A DNA stretch of 64,000 nt, counting the filler, from Sphacelaria rigidula (taxonomy: Eukaryota): assembly GCA_964200075.2 (NCBI GenBank). It is 9 parts of 9 records of this genome, joined end to end, with 100 filler letters (N's around TTAATTAATTAA, not from the genome) between each part and the next. Parts side by side here need not be neighbours in the genome. Positions count along the whole stretch, not along the records: positions 35,614 to 42,635 come from CAXNAA020016916.1; positions 42,736 to 49,757 come from CAXNAA020016917.1; 7 more parts are not named here. One strand, given 5' to 3'. A program made the position numbers and the translations under genes. Below the pieces are notes generated by a model. It had not been told where the DNA came from and did not search any database. It was given only the letters and a program-made list of their open reading frames with translations. Below, in pieces: positions 36,007 through 48,932 of the stretch (position 1 is its first letter; the number at the start of each line of letters is the position of its first letter).

Positions 36007-36703
36007 GTTCGCTTTCCCTGCGCTCTCGCGACCGCACCAGCCCCCGTCTCTGTTGTTTCTTTTTCGATAGCGGCCGCCTTTACCTTTGCCCCTGCGGCAG
36101 CGGCTGCCTTCACCTTTGCGGCAGCGGCTGCCTTCGCCTTTGCGTCTGCGGCAGCCGCAGCCGCCTCGAGTTTTTTCTTCCGATATATCTTGCGCTCAGC
36201 GCGCGTCCCGCCGACGCCGGGATCGTATCCGGTAAAGTCGATCTCGAATTCAAAGTTGAAATCTTCGTCCGGTCGAGTGCGTTTACCCGTCCTCCGATTC
36301 TGGGTGGCTGACTGCTTTATGCTTGGATTGTGGTTGTGGCGACCGCTGCAAGTGGTATTGTCTTTGCCGTCGTTGTTGCCCAATACGTCACATTCCCCTG
36401 GTGATGTGTCGATTTCGCCCGCTTTCGTGGAGTTTGTTGTTGCTTGCGCCGGCATCACTCTTTCTCCTGGCAGTCCAGTCGATGTTGTTGTCCCCTTGAC
36501 GAAAGGTGTAGAAGCTCTGGCGGTAACATTGTCTAATGAGGTTCTTGCTACCTTTGATGGAGGGTGATCGATACCTTGAGTGGTGACGATACCACCCATC
36601 ATTGAGGCACTTGTAGCTCCGGCCTTTTCGTAGTCTTTCGCCTCCATTTTCGCTATAACAGCTGCGCGCTGATTTCGCCGTTAATATTGGTTTTTTGAAG
36701 CCC
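36007..36703 (-). CDS. Exon of an unknown low-complexity, Lys/Ala-rich protein
   Basis: Open frame >214 codons, acceptor TTGTGCTGCAG, donor GTGAGT. Confidence 0.65.
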
Positions 36704-37603
36704 CTGCAGCACAAAATACACGTGACGGTGATGATGACAAAGTGACCACCTTATCATCGTTGTTGCCCCGGTTGGATTTGTGGCTGCGTATAGTGAGGTC
36801 CCCACTTTACGGCGGAAATGTGCAATGGGAAACGGATCGCATTCCACGACTCAGCCTTGAAAAGGGTTGGGCCCTATTGACCGGACGACTATTGGCGCGA
36901 GTCAATTTTCATCGCTATAAAAGAGGACTCGCCGTTGAAAGCCTTGAAACGGGGACACTGTATTACACGAAGGTAGCAACAAAGCTTTGACGGTGATCAT
37001 CGCCGAAAATTACCCCTAGGTTTCCTTTGTTCTTGTAAGCGTGCCCACGCACGCGCGCGCATAGTGCACACGAAAGCAGACTCGATAACCATCTGCTGCA
37101 GGAAGGTGCCACGCCGTGGTGCACGGGAATAAGTAATGTGCGGCCTAATTCTTCTTAATTTCTTTCTGGGTCAACTCTGTCTGCTTTTCATTTCTGTTTC
37201 CTCCACTTTTCTTCAGCTAGTATTTCCGCTTTTTTTTTCATCTCAGGTACGTCCATCATGTGACCACGGCTGGACGCCTGGGGGATCAGTAAAAGTGTGA
37301 CAATCAATCAATCAATCAACCAATCGGAGGCACCCAATTTAAATCTTGTCGCTAGCTGCCTGTGCAGGCATGGTAGGGGTTGCACATTTGACCTAAAATT
37401 ATTCTCTTTCAGGGTCTACTAACGATAGGAGCTGGACAAGAGTATGGGTCAGGACACTTTCGTTTTCGAATTTAATCGGGATATCCCCAGCCCATTGAAA
37501 TGCTAATCGTGGCGTACTCTCACATATTCTTGAGGTCGTTTTTCTGATGAGATAGAGGACTCTCAGCAAATCCAACCTCGGGAAATATTTGTGCACCTCT
37601 ACC

Positions 37604-37859
37604 GACTATCCCGCGATAGCCCCCCCCCCCCAGAAAAAAAAGTCGCTGGTTCGAGGAGGTAGAATCTTCGTGTAAATCAAGCTGACAAAAACCGAGTATA
37701 CCGAGTAGCTGGGAACGCCCACGCTTGGAATTGGTTTCGCCAATTTCACCTATATCAGGCGCTTCGTGCAGTGTAAAACCAGCTATCATGTGCTGTATGG
37801 TCATCTCCTTCGTCACAGTTTCGGGGCTGGTTTGAGGGAGACCTATCGCGGTATCACTT
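37604..37859. mobile_element. ~255-bp TIR element with 4-bp TSD (Sola-like), subfamily 2
   Basis: GACTATCCCGCGATAGCCCCC terminus, TACC on both flanks; left-end fragment also at ~38899-38975. Confidence 0.6.
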
Positions 37860-38216
37860 TACCGTAGCATCACTTATCAATATGTCTTGTGTCAAACGAG
37901 TATTTCACTCACGACAGTTGCAGCGAGTCGAAATCGACAGTTCTGATTTCCAAATATGTCGCATTTGCGTGATGGTGCGGCGGGTTTGAAGCGGTCATGC
38001 CAAGCGATCGTGTTCCTTCACCTGTTGAGGAGAGAACCTACACGATAGCGGTAGGAAACTCATCTCCACTACCGCGATCTTCCTGGAGAAGACATGGCGC
38101 GTGTGTGTATCTACGGGTACTGGAAACAGGTTATATTGAGTAGATTGATACACCACAAGTATCGAATGATAGCGAGAGCATCGTGAGGAGTCGCAATAAC
38201 TATCCGTAGAAAAAAG

Positions 38217-38836
38217 CTGGCTGGCCACCACTAGCTATGACACCAAAGCGTGAACCACTGTCCGGTGATGACGCCGGCGTTTCTTCGCTGTCCAGATTGC
38301 GAACTTGTACGCTATCCCGCACTGTTACACATCCATGTGTTGCCGCTACTTTCGAGTCATTCGAGATCATCTCGCACTCACTCGGCGGGAAAATTCTACG
38401 CTCTCTCTCGAGTGTGTGCTTCCCTGTGGTCCTCGCCGAGCGGGAAAGGTTCCCCCTCTACTCGTATGGTCAAGGAGGACCTTTCACGCTCAGCGGGGAC
38501 TACAGGAGGGTATAAATTCGGGAGAGAGCGAGGAAACTTCCCATCAAGTGAGTGCAAGATGACCTCGAATGGTTCGAGCGCAGTCTTTGGCCAAAGAGGG
38601 CATTTTCCACTCGGCGAGGACTATAGGGATGCGTACATTCGGGAGGGAGAGCAAGGAAGCTTTCCCGTCAAATGAGTGTAAGATGATCTCGAATGGCTGG
38701 AGCGTATAGTGACAACACATGAACATGTAAAATTGTGAGGTAGCGTACAAGTTTGCAAGCCGGACAGGGCAGAGACGCCAGCGGCATCACCGGACAGTGT
38801 TTTACACTTCGGTGTCATAGCCAGTGCCAGCCAGTA
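38217..38836. mobile_element. ~600-bp fold-back element
   Basis: Arms CACT(A/G)GCTATGACACC...CACTGTCCGGTGATG pair over ~170 bp; internal ~120-bp duplication. Confidence 0.75.
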
Positions 38837-39875
38837 ACCTTATTTCTACTAGTAGCCAGTGCGATTCCTTACGATTTTCTCGCCATCATATATGTGGTGA
38901 CTGATGTCGCGATAGCCCCCCCCCCCCCCCCCCAGAAAAGTGGCTGGTTCGAGGAGGCAAAATCTCCATGTCAATTATATAAAGAGGTTGGCGCAGAAAC
39001 CCAGGCATCATAGAAAAAACCTTCGCTGACAGTCTCTAGATAGAAAGTTGAACACTTGCGTGTTGTTCACACGTCCGCTACAATCACCCATCTACGGTGC
39101 TTACCTCTACCTCGCTAACAACTTGACCTACCTCAGCTGACGGTGGCGCTGTTGTCCATGTATACAAGTGGATATGCTGGTAGAATTAAGTATCCTTTTA
39201 GGAAGGGCCTTTTGCGATCGATGAACCCGTGTACCGCTGGTGGCAATGGTATGATCGATGAGCGTTGTGTTGCTTCGGCTTGGATGTGAATATAATCGAT
39301 AAGTGAATAGACAGGTGCAGAATGCGGTTACGAACTGAGGGAGATTCGGATCGAGCTCGACCAAATTGCTCCGCCTCATCTCTACATCGAAGCATTCCAT
39401 TGGTCACAGTCTCGCCGCAATCAGTCAATCAATCAATCAGTCTCGCCGCATCTTGTTTGAGGAGCCCTGGAGACATGTCAAATACTGTTGTAGCATGCAA
39501 TATTCAAAAACCTTCTTCGCAAACAACTAAAAAATGCATACACTGCGGCTAGTGAGTATGCTAGTACATTTTGTGCTCGCGTGGAGATCATCCGAGTCTT
39601 GACAACGTAGCTGGAGTTTCGGTCTGGGGTAGAGATAGGGTGATGATATTGAGGTACACAGCGGTCGATCACCGCATGATTTGGCCAGAGCGTTTCGAAC
39701 CACGTCAAGATCACACAATCGGTCATTATTCGAGTACTGTAATTCATACAAAAATGCTTGCAACCGCGGGTCTGAAGGTCTGAACTGGTATGATGGGCGA
39801 GACATCTTTGCTTGTGTGACCAGCACCACGGCCGTTGGCGAGGCCAAGCTGTCAAGGTTCACATACACGACGGAG

Positions 39876-40071
39876 ATGACAACCCTGTACGATGATTTCG
39901 AGACGGTAGTGGTCTCTGAGTCTAAAGCAACGCCACATGTTCTTCATGTGGAGATCAACAGGCCCTCGAAGAGAAATGCCATGAATGCCAAGTTTTGGGT
40001 TGAATTTCGCGAGTGCTTCGAGAGGATAGCGGAGGATTCTGATGCGCGTGTGGTGATCGTCTCAGGAGCAG
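39876..40071 (+). CDS. ECH1: Delta(3,5)-Delta(2,4)-dienoyl-CoA isomerase / enoyl-CoA hydratase family, first exon
   Basis: HVLHVEINRPSKRNAMNAKFWVEFRECFERIAEDSDARVVIVSGAG, crotonase N-terminus; donor G|GTACAG. Confidence 0.85.
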
Positions 40072-42148
40072 GTACAGCATTTACTCATTTGTCTTGTCGG
40101 TCCTGTCACACTTAGTGGGTGGAATCTGCTTTGGTTGTGTTGTCTACATGCTGTGGAGTGCAAATGAGAGAACGCACAGCGCCGTGCGGATTGAACGCTG
40201 CAACGTTTCAACGTTTGATTGCACTTGGTTGAACTACAAGAACAGCATGCACATGTACTTGAATACATACTGTTGTTGTACAAGTACTGTCTCCGTCCGC
40301 GGTCCGTGCCCGTGTCGGAGACCCTTGGTTTGGCGCATAAGAGTCGCCGAGATGAACGCCACAATCCGCCTTGGTTGATAAGACGGCAACAGGTCGAGCA
40401 CAACATCAGGGGGTGAACGCCTGATAACTGTCCACACCAGTGACGGTTACCATGTGTTGATAGAAATACATGAGGACAACATGATCTTCCCTGGTTCGGA
40501 AAATCAAAACGGCATGCTCCAGGAGGCGATCGAGCCGCAGGTGCCGATTTCGACAAAATCACGTTCTGGACGAGCTGGGTCCACTGCTCACCTGCCCCAA
40601 ACCATAATTTTTTTCACAGCTTTCTCAAGTCTAAAATCAAGTAGTGATACGGTCAGCCATAGATATACGCCCAAAGCTATAGCCCTGCGCCAAAAGAAAA
40701 AAAAACAATTATTTCGGACTATAATTGGAGCTCTTTTCATCCCCTCGCGCACTGCTGCAACGCCCAACCCCAGATCTAGACGCATGGACTTGTTGGTTGT
40801 CATCTACATGAGATGTCAGCACAGTTTCAGGGCATGGAAGCGACGACAGCGCGCGCATGACCGTGCCTCCTGCCCTGAGCATCTCTACAGTCGATACCGG
40901 AATGGGTTTGTTACAGATTGTCATTATCCACAGGCGGCGGCAGACATGATTCATGTTCGTTTGCGAGTACTTCAGCCTCCCAGGTGGTCACGATGCGGAA
41001 GTGAGTGCGCTTCCACGCCCACATGTGCATTCACTCACGTTACACAGCATCTCGGCCGCCAGGTAATCGTTTTGAAGGCATACAGACGGTATTGCCCAAA
41101 AGTAGAATTCGCTTCGTTTAATTTGCTCGGGGAAGGCAAGTGACTGTGCTCCGGTACATACACTGGGTGTGGTGTGCCCGACTGGTGCACCGAGTTTCAC
41201 GCTGGTGCCTGCAGCGGCGGTCGAAAACTTAACAATAAAAAATGAAGTGCAAAAGTCGAAATGTCACCGGTCAAGCGTGGAAAGATACACCAGCTGCAGT
41301 TACGCCGCATAATCCTCGTACGACAACATACTGCATCCGTAACCGCTGCGCCCCTGCGGCAGCACAGAAGAAATGAGGACAAGCGCACAACCGTACTCGC
41401 CAGCACTGCGGATTTGGCTTCGCCACATCACCCGCCAACCGATATGTCTTCAATCATGTCGGCATCAGCAGGGCATCTAGTGTTGTGTTCTTAGAATCAA
41501 TGCTCTACACGATTGCACTGCCGAGCACGGTAGAGACAGTAGCTTTGTACACCAGTCAAACATCAAAAAAAGGGATGCAGCGCATCACACGTTTTCATAC
41601 TACTGTAATTTATGTGAAGTTTTCAGTGTTGGAGGCGGCGCAATTGGCTGTACAAGGCATGCATGCACAAAAGTGTGTCGTGTTACTTGCTCGTTTAAGC
41701 AAATTACCTACTTTTTTTTCATGTGGATTGAATACACCATGCACTAGCCGAAGCGCGTTCTCTTGGCCTGGTGCCCTGAGCGTGTTCGCCACCTATCGGC
41801 GTTGCATTGTGTACGAGATGCACCAATGAAGAGCACCTCTATTCAGACCACCCCCCGCGGGAAATCATCACTTTCTCAGCCAAAAATCTACACCGACGAT
41901 CCCGCCTTGAGCAAAGCTTGCCACCGATTCCACGCGCTGGGCCGATATTCCTTTGTGTGGGGCCCGCCGCTCGTGTGAACTGTGTCTACTTCACAGTTGA
42001 TATCAGCCGAATGCTTGTCAAATGGTTCTTCTATGCGGGCATTCCGGTACTCGATTGTTTTTATTTTACTTTGGCGCAGGACTGTACTGCGTTCCAGTGC
42101 ACGATGCATGTTCAACGTGGGTGCAGCGATCGCTGAAATCAAATTTCC

Positions 42149-42529
42149 AAGTTGTGTTGTGTAGGGTACCATTTTTGTATACCCCGGGTATTTACTATAC
42201 TCGGGTATTTTACACGTGCTCGACAATTCTGTGAATTCAGTACGCCTCTCGTACCTTTGCCCGACAGCTATGTGAGTTCTGTAAGCCTCCCATATCGGTA
42301 CCCGATAGTTGTGTGAAACCTGCACGAAACTCTCACCTTCTGCCGGGGCACGGGTATGCCTTTAGGGAGAGATTCGATTGCGGGTAAGGGTTTATGTACA
42401 ACCTCCATATCGTATCCGACAGGTTCTGTAAGTTCCGCAAGACGTGCGAACCGGTACCCGACATTTGTCTGAGCTCTGTAAGAATTTCATACCCCACCGA
42501 ACATACCTCTACCCTACAGAACACAACTT
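42149..42529. mobile_element. ~380-bp TIR element with internal GTACCCGA/TTCTGTAAG subrepeats
   Basis: 20-bp TIR AAGTTGTGTT(G/C)TGTAGGGTA at both ends. Confidence 0.7.
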
Positions 42530-42635
42530 CGGATGACAAATTCTACGATAGCCCGCCCCCCCGCAAAAATGGAAATCGTTTGATGCACTAGACAGTAGGG
42601 AGACAACGATGGCTATAGGGGATAGGTGGTGGCCA

Positions 42636-42735
42636 NNNNNNNNNNNNNNNNNNNNNNNNNNNNNNNNNNNNNNNNNNNNTTAATTAATTAANNNNNNNNN
42701 NNNNNNNNNNNNNNNNNNNNNNNNNNNNNNNNNNN
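42636..42735. other. Artificial contig linker
   Basis: Same 100-bp spacer. Confidence 0.98.
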
Positions 42736-42943
42736 AAGTGCACGGAGGCGATGATCATAAATGCCGTCAGAGCTGGTTTTGTGCTGTACGACGCGACTCA
42801 TTTGGGCGTTATAGCTGATTTCGGAATGCTGCACGCCTCCATGTGGGCGAAGTTGCTGCAATCGAGCCCAATAGTGGGATCGCAGCCGGTTTGTCGGGCG
42901 ATCTCCGGTGCACTTTTTGTGGGGGGGCTCTCTCGGTATTAGT
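42736..42943 (+). mobile_element. Sola-like MITE subfamily 1, cut by contig start
   Basis: Colinear with 54496-54745. Confidence 0.8.
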
Positions 42944-43301
42944 CATTCAATGAAGAAAACTACGAAGGTGCTGATATGTCCAGCGCATCATACGCAGTCA
43001 TTCGCTGGTTGAAAATCGGTAGAAGACCGCAAATCATCGTCACACAGAGTCAGATGCCGAGTATCTAGGAGCAGCAGCCGCCGCCCACCAACGCGCGGCG
43101 TTTGCCAACAAAAAGATGTATACGGGGCCAGCAACAACAATCGATTAACAGAGCAGTATCGAGTTACACCAAGGTTTTGAGCCATGTACAGATAGTACAT
43201 ACTCACATACTAGCGCGCACAACATACACACGTGCGGACGCGGAACACTTCTACAAGCGCCGCGTCACCCGTTTCGTAATATTTCCTTCTCAAGAGCTCA
43301 C

Positions 43302-43543
43302 TTCATCGCATTGTCCGCACCGCTGCCGGACGACGGTGCCCAGAACCGGTGGGTTGCATGGAGGTTTTGGAGGACCTCTTCGATCCTCGGGTCGAACGCT
43401 AGCTTTTTTATGTGGGCAAGCGACCACCCGTCTTTCGGCGTTCTCCTGTTGCCGTGCTTCATGTCGTTTTCCCCCGAAGCCAGCCACAACAGCACCGCTG
43501 TGATCACAAGCACAAACCATGGTATACCGAACGATCGGCCCAT
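43302..43543 (-). CDS. Possible first exon of a secreted or membrane protein
   Basis: MGRSFGIPWFVLVITAVLLWLASG signal-peptide-like start, donor AA|GTGAGC; no recognisable family. Confidence 0.45.
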
Positions 43544-43799
43544 GGTTGACACCTTCCACCTGCGTGAGGTGCAATCGAAACGTATGCACAGTGAACTTGA
43601 ATGTAGATATCGACGGGGTTGATTTATTGGTTCGCTACAGAAGAAGGGCGTGCAGCTCCTCCGAGACACCGCGTCTTGTAGTCCTATCCGTGCACAATGA
43701 TGTACCGGTTGAAGAGGGCTAACATCACTGAAACCCAACGCAGGCAGTGTTCATGCTGTAGGGAGACGTGCGAACCGTCACCTCCGCACATTTGATTTG

Positions 43800-44754
43800 C
43801 AGTAGCTCACATCTGAAATAGGAGATTTTCGCAGTTTGTTCTGTATAGTCGGGAATATTCGAAAGTGTTTTCGCGTGCCACCGTTTATCCCCGTGAACGT
43901 TTCATTCCAATGTTTGGGGATTGGGAGATACTTGGCATCCCCTTCATTTTCCGAAATTAGATCACATCTGCGTTTATCATTTGAACGACTTACGGGCTGA
44001 CCGTTATTCGGGGGTTGTGAGACTACTCAGGCCCGGGTTCTGACCCTTATTGAGTATTCCTGCTCATTTGATTGAAAACACTCCAATCATTGTCGTGAAG
44101 AAACGAATTTTCATTCTTTTCAAGCTATATCTATATTTTTTGGGCCAGAGCCGAGATCTGTGTTTCCTGGACCAGTGACGATCGATAACATCCCGTGAGG
44201 AACAAGGTACTTACTCCATATCACCCCAACAACACCAATGGAGGATTGTGCTCTGAGCACAACCTGCTTCTCGTCTCAATATCTATCGACGCTAGGACGT
44301 TTGAGCCCCAAGGACGGATACTACGCGAGAAAATTCAGCAAAACACTCAAGGACATATTCAGGAAAATACCCAAAAACGACAAGTGCCCAACCGAGCTCT
44401 GCATATCACAGGCGGGAGTGAACCAGTTCCGATCACTCTCATGGATGGTTCTACGAACGTTCATTATTTTACACTATTTGTACCCATTCATCACCTGGAG
44501 CCGAAAGAAGCACGTTTTGGAACAAAAAGTGTCAATAACACCCCTGTCCATGAAGCTCGGAAGTCGTTCAATATTGAGCGCAAAGACGATGTTTTTTTCG
44601 GAATGTGGAGCGGATGCCCAGTATCTCCGGACTTTCCAACGTTGGCATCAACCGCTAGCCAGCATCAGCGGTGGCACGCGAGATAACCGTTGAATATCGC
44701 CGACCACGAAAACAGTACACAAATCTCCCACAACATTTCAGATGAAAACTACTG
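43800..44754. mobile_element. Complete pogo-like non-autonomous element (~955 bp)
   Basis: CAGTAGCTCACATCTGAAA at left, TTTCAGATGAAAACTACTG-TA at right. Confidence 0.8.
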
Positions 44755-46016
44755 TATACTAAAAATAGACACCATACGGAAGGTTTCTTCTACGCAGCTG
44801 TTTGTTCTCGACAACGTTGTCGATGGGAAGCACCGCCGGTACACTAAAAAGCACGAAATGTGCGACGAGAGCAAACCTCTCTCTCCTGCAAACGACACTG
44901 TCAAGGTCGCGCAGACGATATTGTACTCTCCCATGAAACACTGAGGGCTTTGAGTTGCTGCTTATAGGAGACGCAGCCGACCGCTAATCTTGCATGGAGC
45001 CAGCAAGCGCACACAGCACGGGTGGATGCGCTCAAGCGTGAAATTCGAACCGTGCTGTATATCGACGCAACCAACCCTAGCCCACCGCATAGTTAGAGGC
45101 AGCATGCCCCTTCCTTCCTTGCTACTGTAAGGACAAGCTGTGGTCTTTCATTTGTAATCCAAATAGGTCCCATGCATCGTCACCTACTGTGTACACTTGA
45201 GTATTTCACTTCAAGAATAGATTTAGAGAAGAAGTCCTCCATTTTTTCGGAGCTCCAAATACGGCCAACAGCAGTATTATTATTATCGAGTGCTGCAGTT
45301 GCTGTTAGATATCTAATCGCGGACATGGGGCTGATTTCATTGTTGGCCTGCCTTCGCCGGCAAAATGGAGGACAGAATGATGCTGCCTGCCCCTGTATGG
45401 CGTTCCAAACTACGCTCAACATGTTCCTTGCAACCTCTGTCAAACGGGGGAGCAGTCGGAAAGGCAAGGGCGTGATCGAGCGGCCATCCCGGAAGCGGCA
45501 CACACAAAAAATAAAGATACCGACTGTGGAAGGCTCAGTGCAAAGTTTACAGCACGCCTGCTTTCTGTCAGTTTTATGCGCAGATACATACACCCACCAC
45601 ACCACCAGCTATAGACTTTGCAGGCGGTGCGATGGCATACACTCGCAGCAGCACTGCAGGCAAATAGGTTGCTGTTGGATTGTTTCTTCTCTTTACTTCG
45701 AAAGTGCGTATTTCCGCAAAAGGCGACCACCTTACTTGAACCCAACAGCTCAACATCTGCTGCCGACGCACACACCGTCTAAGAAGATGGACACCGCTAA
45801 CCCACGGTGCTTATATCACTATGCGACATGGCCCAGGTGGTCACTAGCAAGGTTGCTGCTGACTCCGCACGCTTACGAGCGCCACGGCGAGCTCACAGGG
45901 CAGCTCTGCAAAGTTTTGCGCTGCAATCCGAAGTGTTCAAATTTGTCCCAAAGTTGAGTTTCGGAGAAAAGATTAGGCCGCTTCATTCTCGGAGAACGCT
46001 GAACGTCGGGTGTTAA

Positions 46017-46110
46017 CCCTTAGACCGCGAGGTTAGTCTTCTGTTGAATCGGCATCAAATTCAAGTGGAAGTATGCATGATCCAGAAAGACTAATCTCGC
46101 GGTCTAAGGG
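46017..46110. mobile_element. 94-bp piggyBac-like MITE, isolated copy
   Basis: TTAA-CCCTTAGACCGCGAG...CTCGCGGTCTAAGGG-TTGA. Confidence 0.85.
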
Positions 46111-47396
46111 TTGAAACGCCATAACATTTCAGGGATATCGGATGAAACAGTGTGTCGATAAGTAGTGATAATGAGCCTTACAGGGAAGACACAACGAGCC
46201 AACACAGTGAACGCGGTGCAATCTATCTGAGAGATCGCATGTAGATTTGACACATGATAAACTTGAAGTAACGCCGGCAACAAGGGTCACAAGAATATAC
46301 CAAGACCAACTTGATAGCAGCAGCTCCTCACGCACGAAGTCAAAACCGGCACCTGCACAATCGGAGGCACCCAACACTCGAACACGGATTATTGGGTAGG
46401 TGCAGTAGTATTGACGGAGGGCAAACACAACCACACACACCGCTGCAAACACCTCAGCCGCTGTTGCAGCCGATGCAATTCGACCAACCAACCGTCTTGT
46501 CGCCTGTCGCCCGCACCCATATCGGGGGGCGCTACAAGAAGATCATCCTGTGCAACGAAAAGGGCATACAGGCGAGCGCAGAATCAAGCGCGCCGCCCCT
46601 GGTTCGGGCGCCACGCAACGATAGAGCCGATCCAATGCTATTCACAACAAGCCACGTACTGAATCAAACGACGAACACCCAACGAAGCATCCCAAACGGT
46701 ACGGTATGCCGCGAGAAGGGAAGACTGCTCGTGTTGGGAAGTATATACGTGATCGGCTGCTGTTACCAGACCCAAGCCGAGATTTCCAACACCATCCATC
46801 CCCATACGGAAATGGGATAGCTTACCTGATGCGGGGTGAACAAGTTTCTGTACTGTGTTTGCAATGCAGTCTTGTATGTGAGCCGGGCGTCTTGATGGTT
46901 GTGAATGGGGAGAGACGGTGGCAGCTTTATCAATACGAAAAGCAGTACAGTAGCTTGAGTCGATTTGGTGATCGATGTGCGGTGAAATTGGGAAGTGAAA
47001 CGGTGAGAGGTGCCTCCTCACATCACGAAACACGAGAACGCCTCACCTGCCTCAACGAATAAACATAATAATAAAATAAAAAAAGCCCTGGACAAATGAA
47101 GAACGCAAGAACTCCTCAACACATACCCGCAAAGCTGTTATTTATCATTACTCCGGAGTATATTTGATCGAGTAAACACACGACCAACTCCTCGCTGTCA
47201 TCACCTGGTTATGGGTAGAACTCATCAAATACAGCGGGGGGAAATAGACCAATCAAAATCGTGGAAACGTCAAAGATATTCTTCACCAGGGTTGCATGTC
47301 GGACCGAGAGTAAAGTTCGATAGATATTCTTAGGATATCGAACCACAACCGCTGATACCGATGTTGTTGTCGATATTCCGAAAATGACACGGTGCG

Positions 47397-47487
47397 TATC
47401 GAGTATCGAGTATCGAGTATCGAGTATCGAGTATCGAGTATCGAGTATCGAGTATCGAGTATCGAGTATCGAGTATCGAGTATCGAG
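47397..47487. repeat. (TATCGAG)13 perfect tandem repeat
   Basis: Counted directly. Confidence 0.95.
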
Positions 47488-48254
47488 TATCGATATGCGA
47501 TACGATACGGCTGTTTGGTATGGCCGCAGTGTACAAAAAACCGAGCAGTACACTGGCACACTGACACCTTTACTCACTACTGTAGTTCGCTTAAGATACC
47601 TCATCCCCTCGACAGATTTTCACTGACTCCTCACCAGAAGCGATGTCAGGGCTTAACCAGGCGGCGTTGCAACTATCTAGTCCAGAGAAATTAATCGAGC
47701 TTTGGAAATCGCTCCTGAGGGTGTGGTATCTCAAGCAACCTACGGTAGTTTCCAGTAGACAGCAGTGGACACATGATGTACAGCAGCGGGTACAGTGCAA
47801 ATTGACATCATAGCAGCGGCGGCATGCGGTGATACAGCTGTCTTGCGAATATATCTTTCGTCGTGCAAGAAGAGGTAGTTGATCACAGCGGGCCGGGTGT
47901 GGTATTGATGATACTGTTTTCATTTCTACGGTCACCATTCCGTGTGTTTCCATCGAGTGAGCGCATACCTCGACTCTGCACATTCATTAGAAAAGGAAGA
48001 GGTTTCAAACCTCGAACATGCATAAACTCAAATGCGAGCTCTTTTTTTCAACGTTCTTCAATGCCAATGACAGGAAACGTCGGCAGCACGCGTAAAGTTT
48101 TAATTTCGAATTCCAAAAACATATATGTTTGTACGTCACCAACCAAGAAGAAAAAACACTAAACTCGAAACAATTAGAATGTCCAGACTAATGGATGGAG
48201 GGGAAAATAAACCCAACACTCGTCAAACATGAAAGAAAGGCAAAGCGACAGTAC

Positions 48255-48465
48255 TGTAATGCGTGAGAGGACCGCGTGCTTACAGGACCGCATCGGCATT
48301 TGAACACCCCTATGGTGAGGGTTAGGGTTAGCGTTAGTGTTGGGGTTAGGGTCAGGGGCGTGGTATCTGCAGGGACTGACCCGATTGGTTTTGGAAAACG
48401 TCGATCCTGAGATATTTTTAACTACGGCGCGGTCCTCTAAGCACGCGGTCCTCTCACGCATTACA
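48255..48465 (+). mobile_element. Telomere-repeat mini-element on a different contig
   Basis: Near-perfect 37-bp TIRs TGTAATGCGTGAGAGGACCGCGTGCTTA(G/C)AGGACCGC. Confidence 0.92.
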
Positions 48466-48744
48466 TAACCATGTCCTCATTCTCCGAAGGACAGCTGTTT
48501 TCTACTGTTATCTGCAGCTCTGCATTGATGGTGACCTCATATCTACTCCGCCACGCCACCCATATGTTGCCGTTGGTGAACACCCCCGCGGGATCATATC
48601 ACTAAACCCTAAACCCACGAGGTGTCAGCGGTGTGTGGTGTGTGAAGGGGACCTTGTGGAGTGAGGGATGGGGGGAGCAGGGTTTCACATCCACCGGGGG
48701 TCTGCCGTTCGAGAACTGCCACCGCCCCTGCGTTTACTGTGACG

Positions 48745-48932
48745 ACGGTTTCGAGAAATTGAGCTAATGTGACGAAAAATAGACAAAAATATCGAGCGTA
48801 TCGATATTCGATATTGATATTCGATATTGATACATATCATATATATCGGTTTTCTACGCTCCGATATCGATATGGCATATCGCCGATATTTGTCGAAATC
48901 GTATCGATTTTGGTATCCAATGTGCAACCGTG
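48745..48932. repeat. ATCGATA-rich element with hAT-like end
   Basis: Many CGATAT/ATCGAT motifs; end TGCAACCGTG resembles the complement of CAGGGTTGCA at 47287. Confidence 0.45.

Noticed and set aside
40970-41010. Micro-exon continuing the ECH1-like gene
   Set aside because: Has AG/GT sites but would encode GGHDAE instead of the expected F(C/T)xGxDL crotonase motif
42149-42529. Naming this element as the Ectocarpus Sower repeat
   Set aside because: Resemblance is from memory only and cannot be verified without the consensus
45172-46820. 261-aa and 169-aa ORFs as genes
   Set aside because: No recognisable motifs or convincing splice structure
47209-47694. ORFs with SILDTRY / SSIEYRV repeats
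   Set aside because: Translations of the 7-bp tandem array
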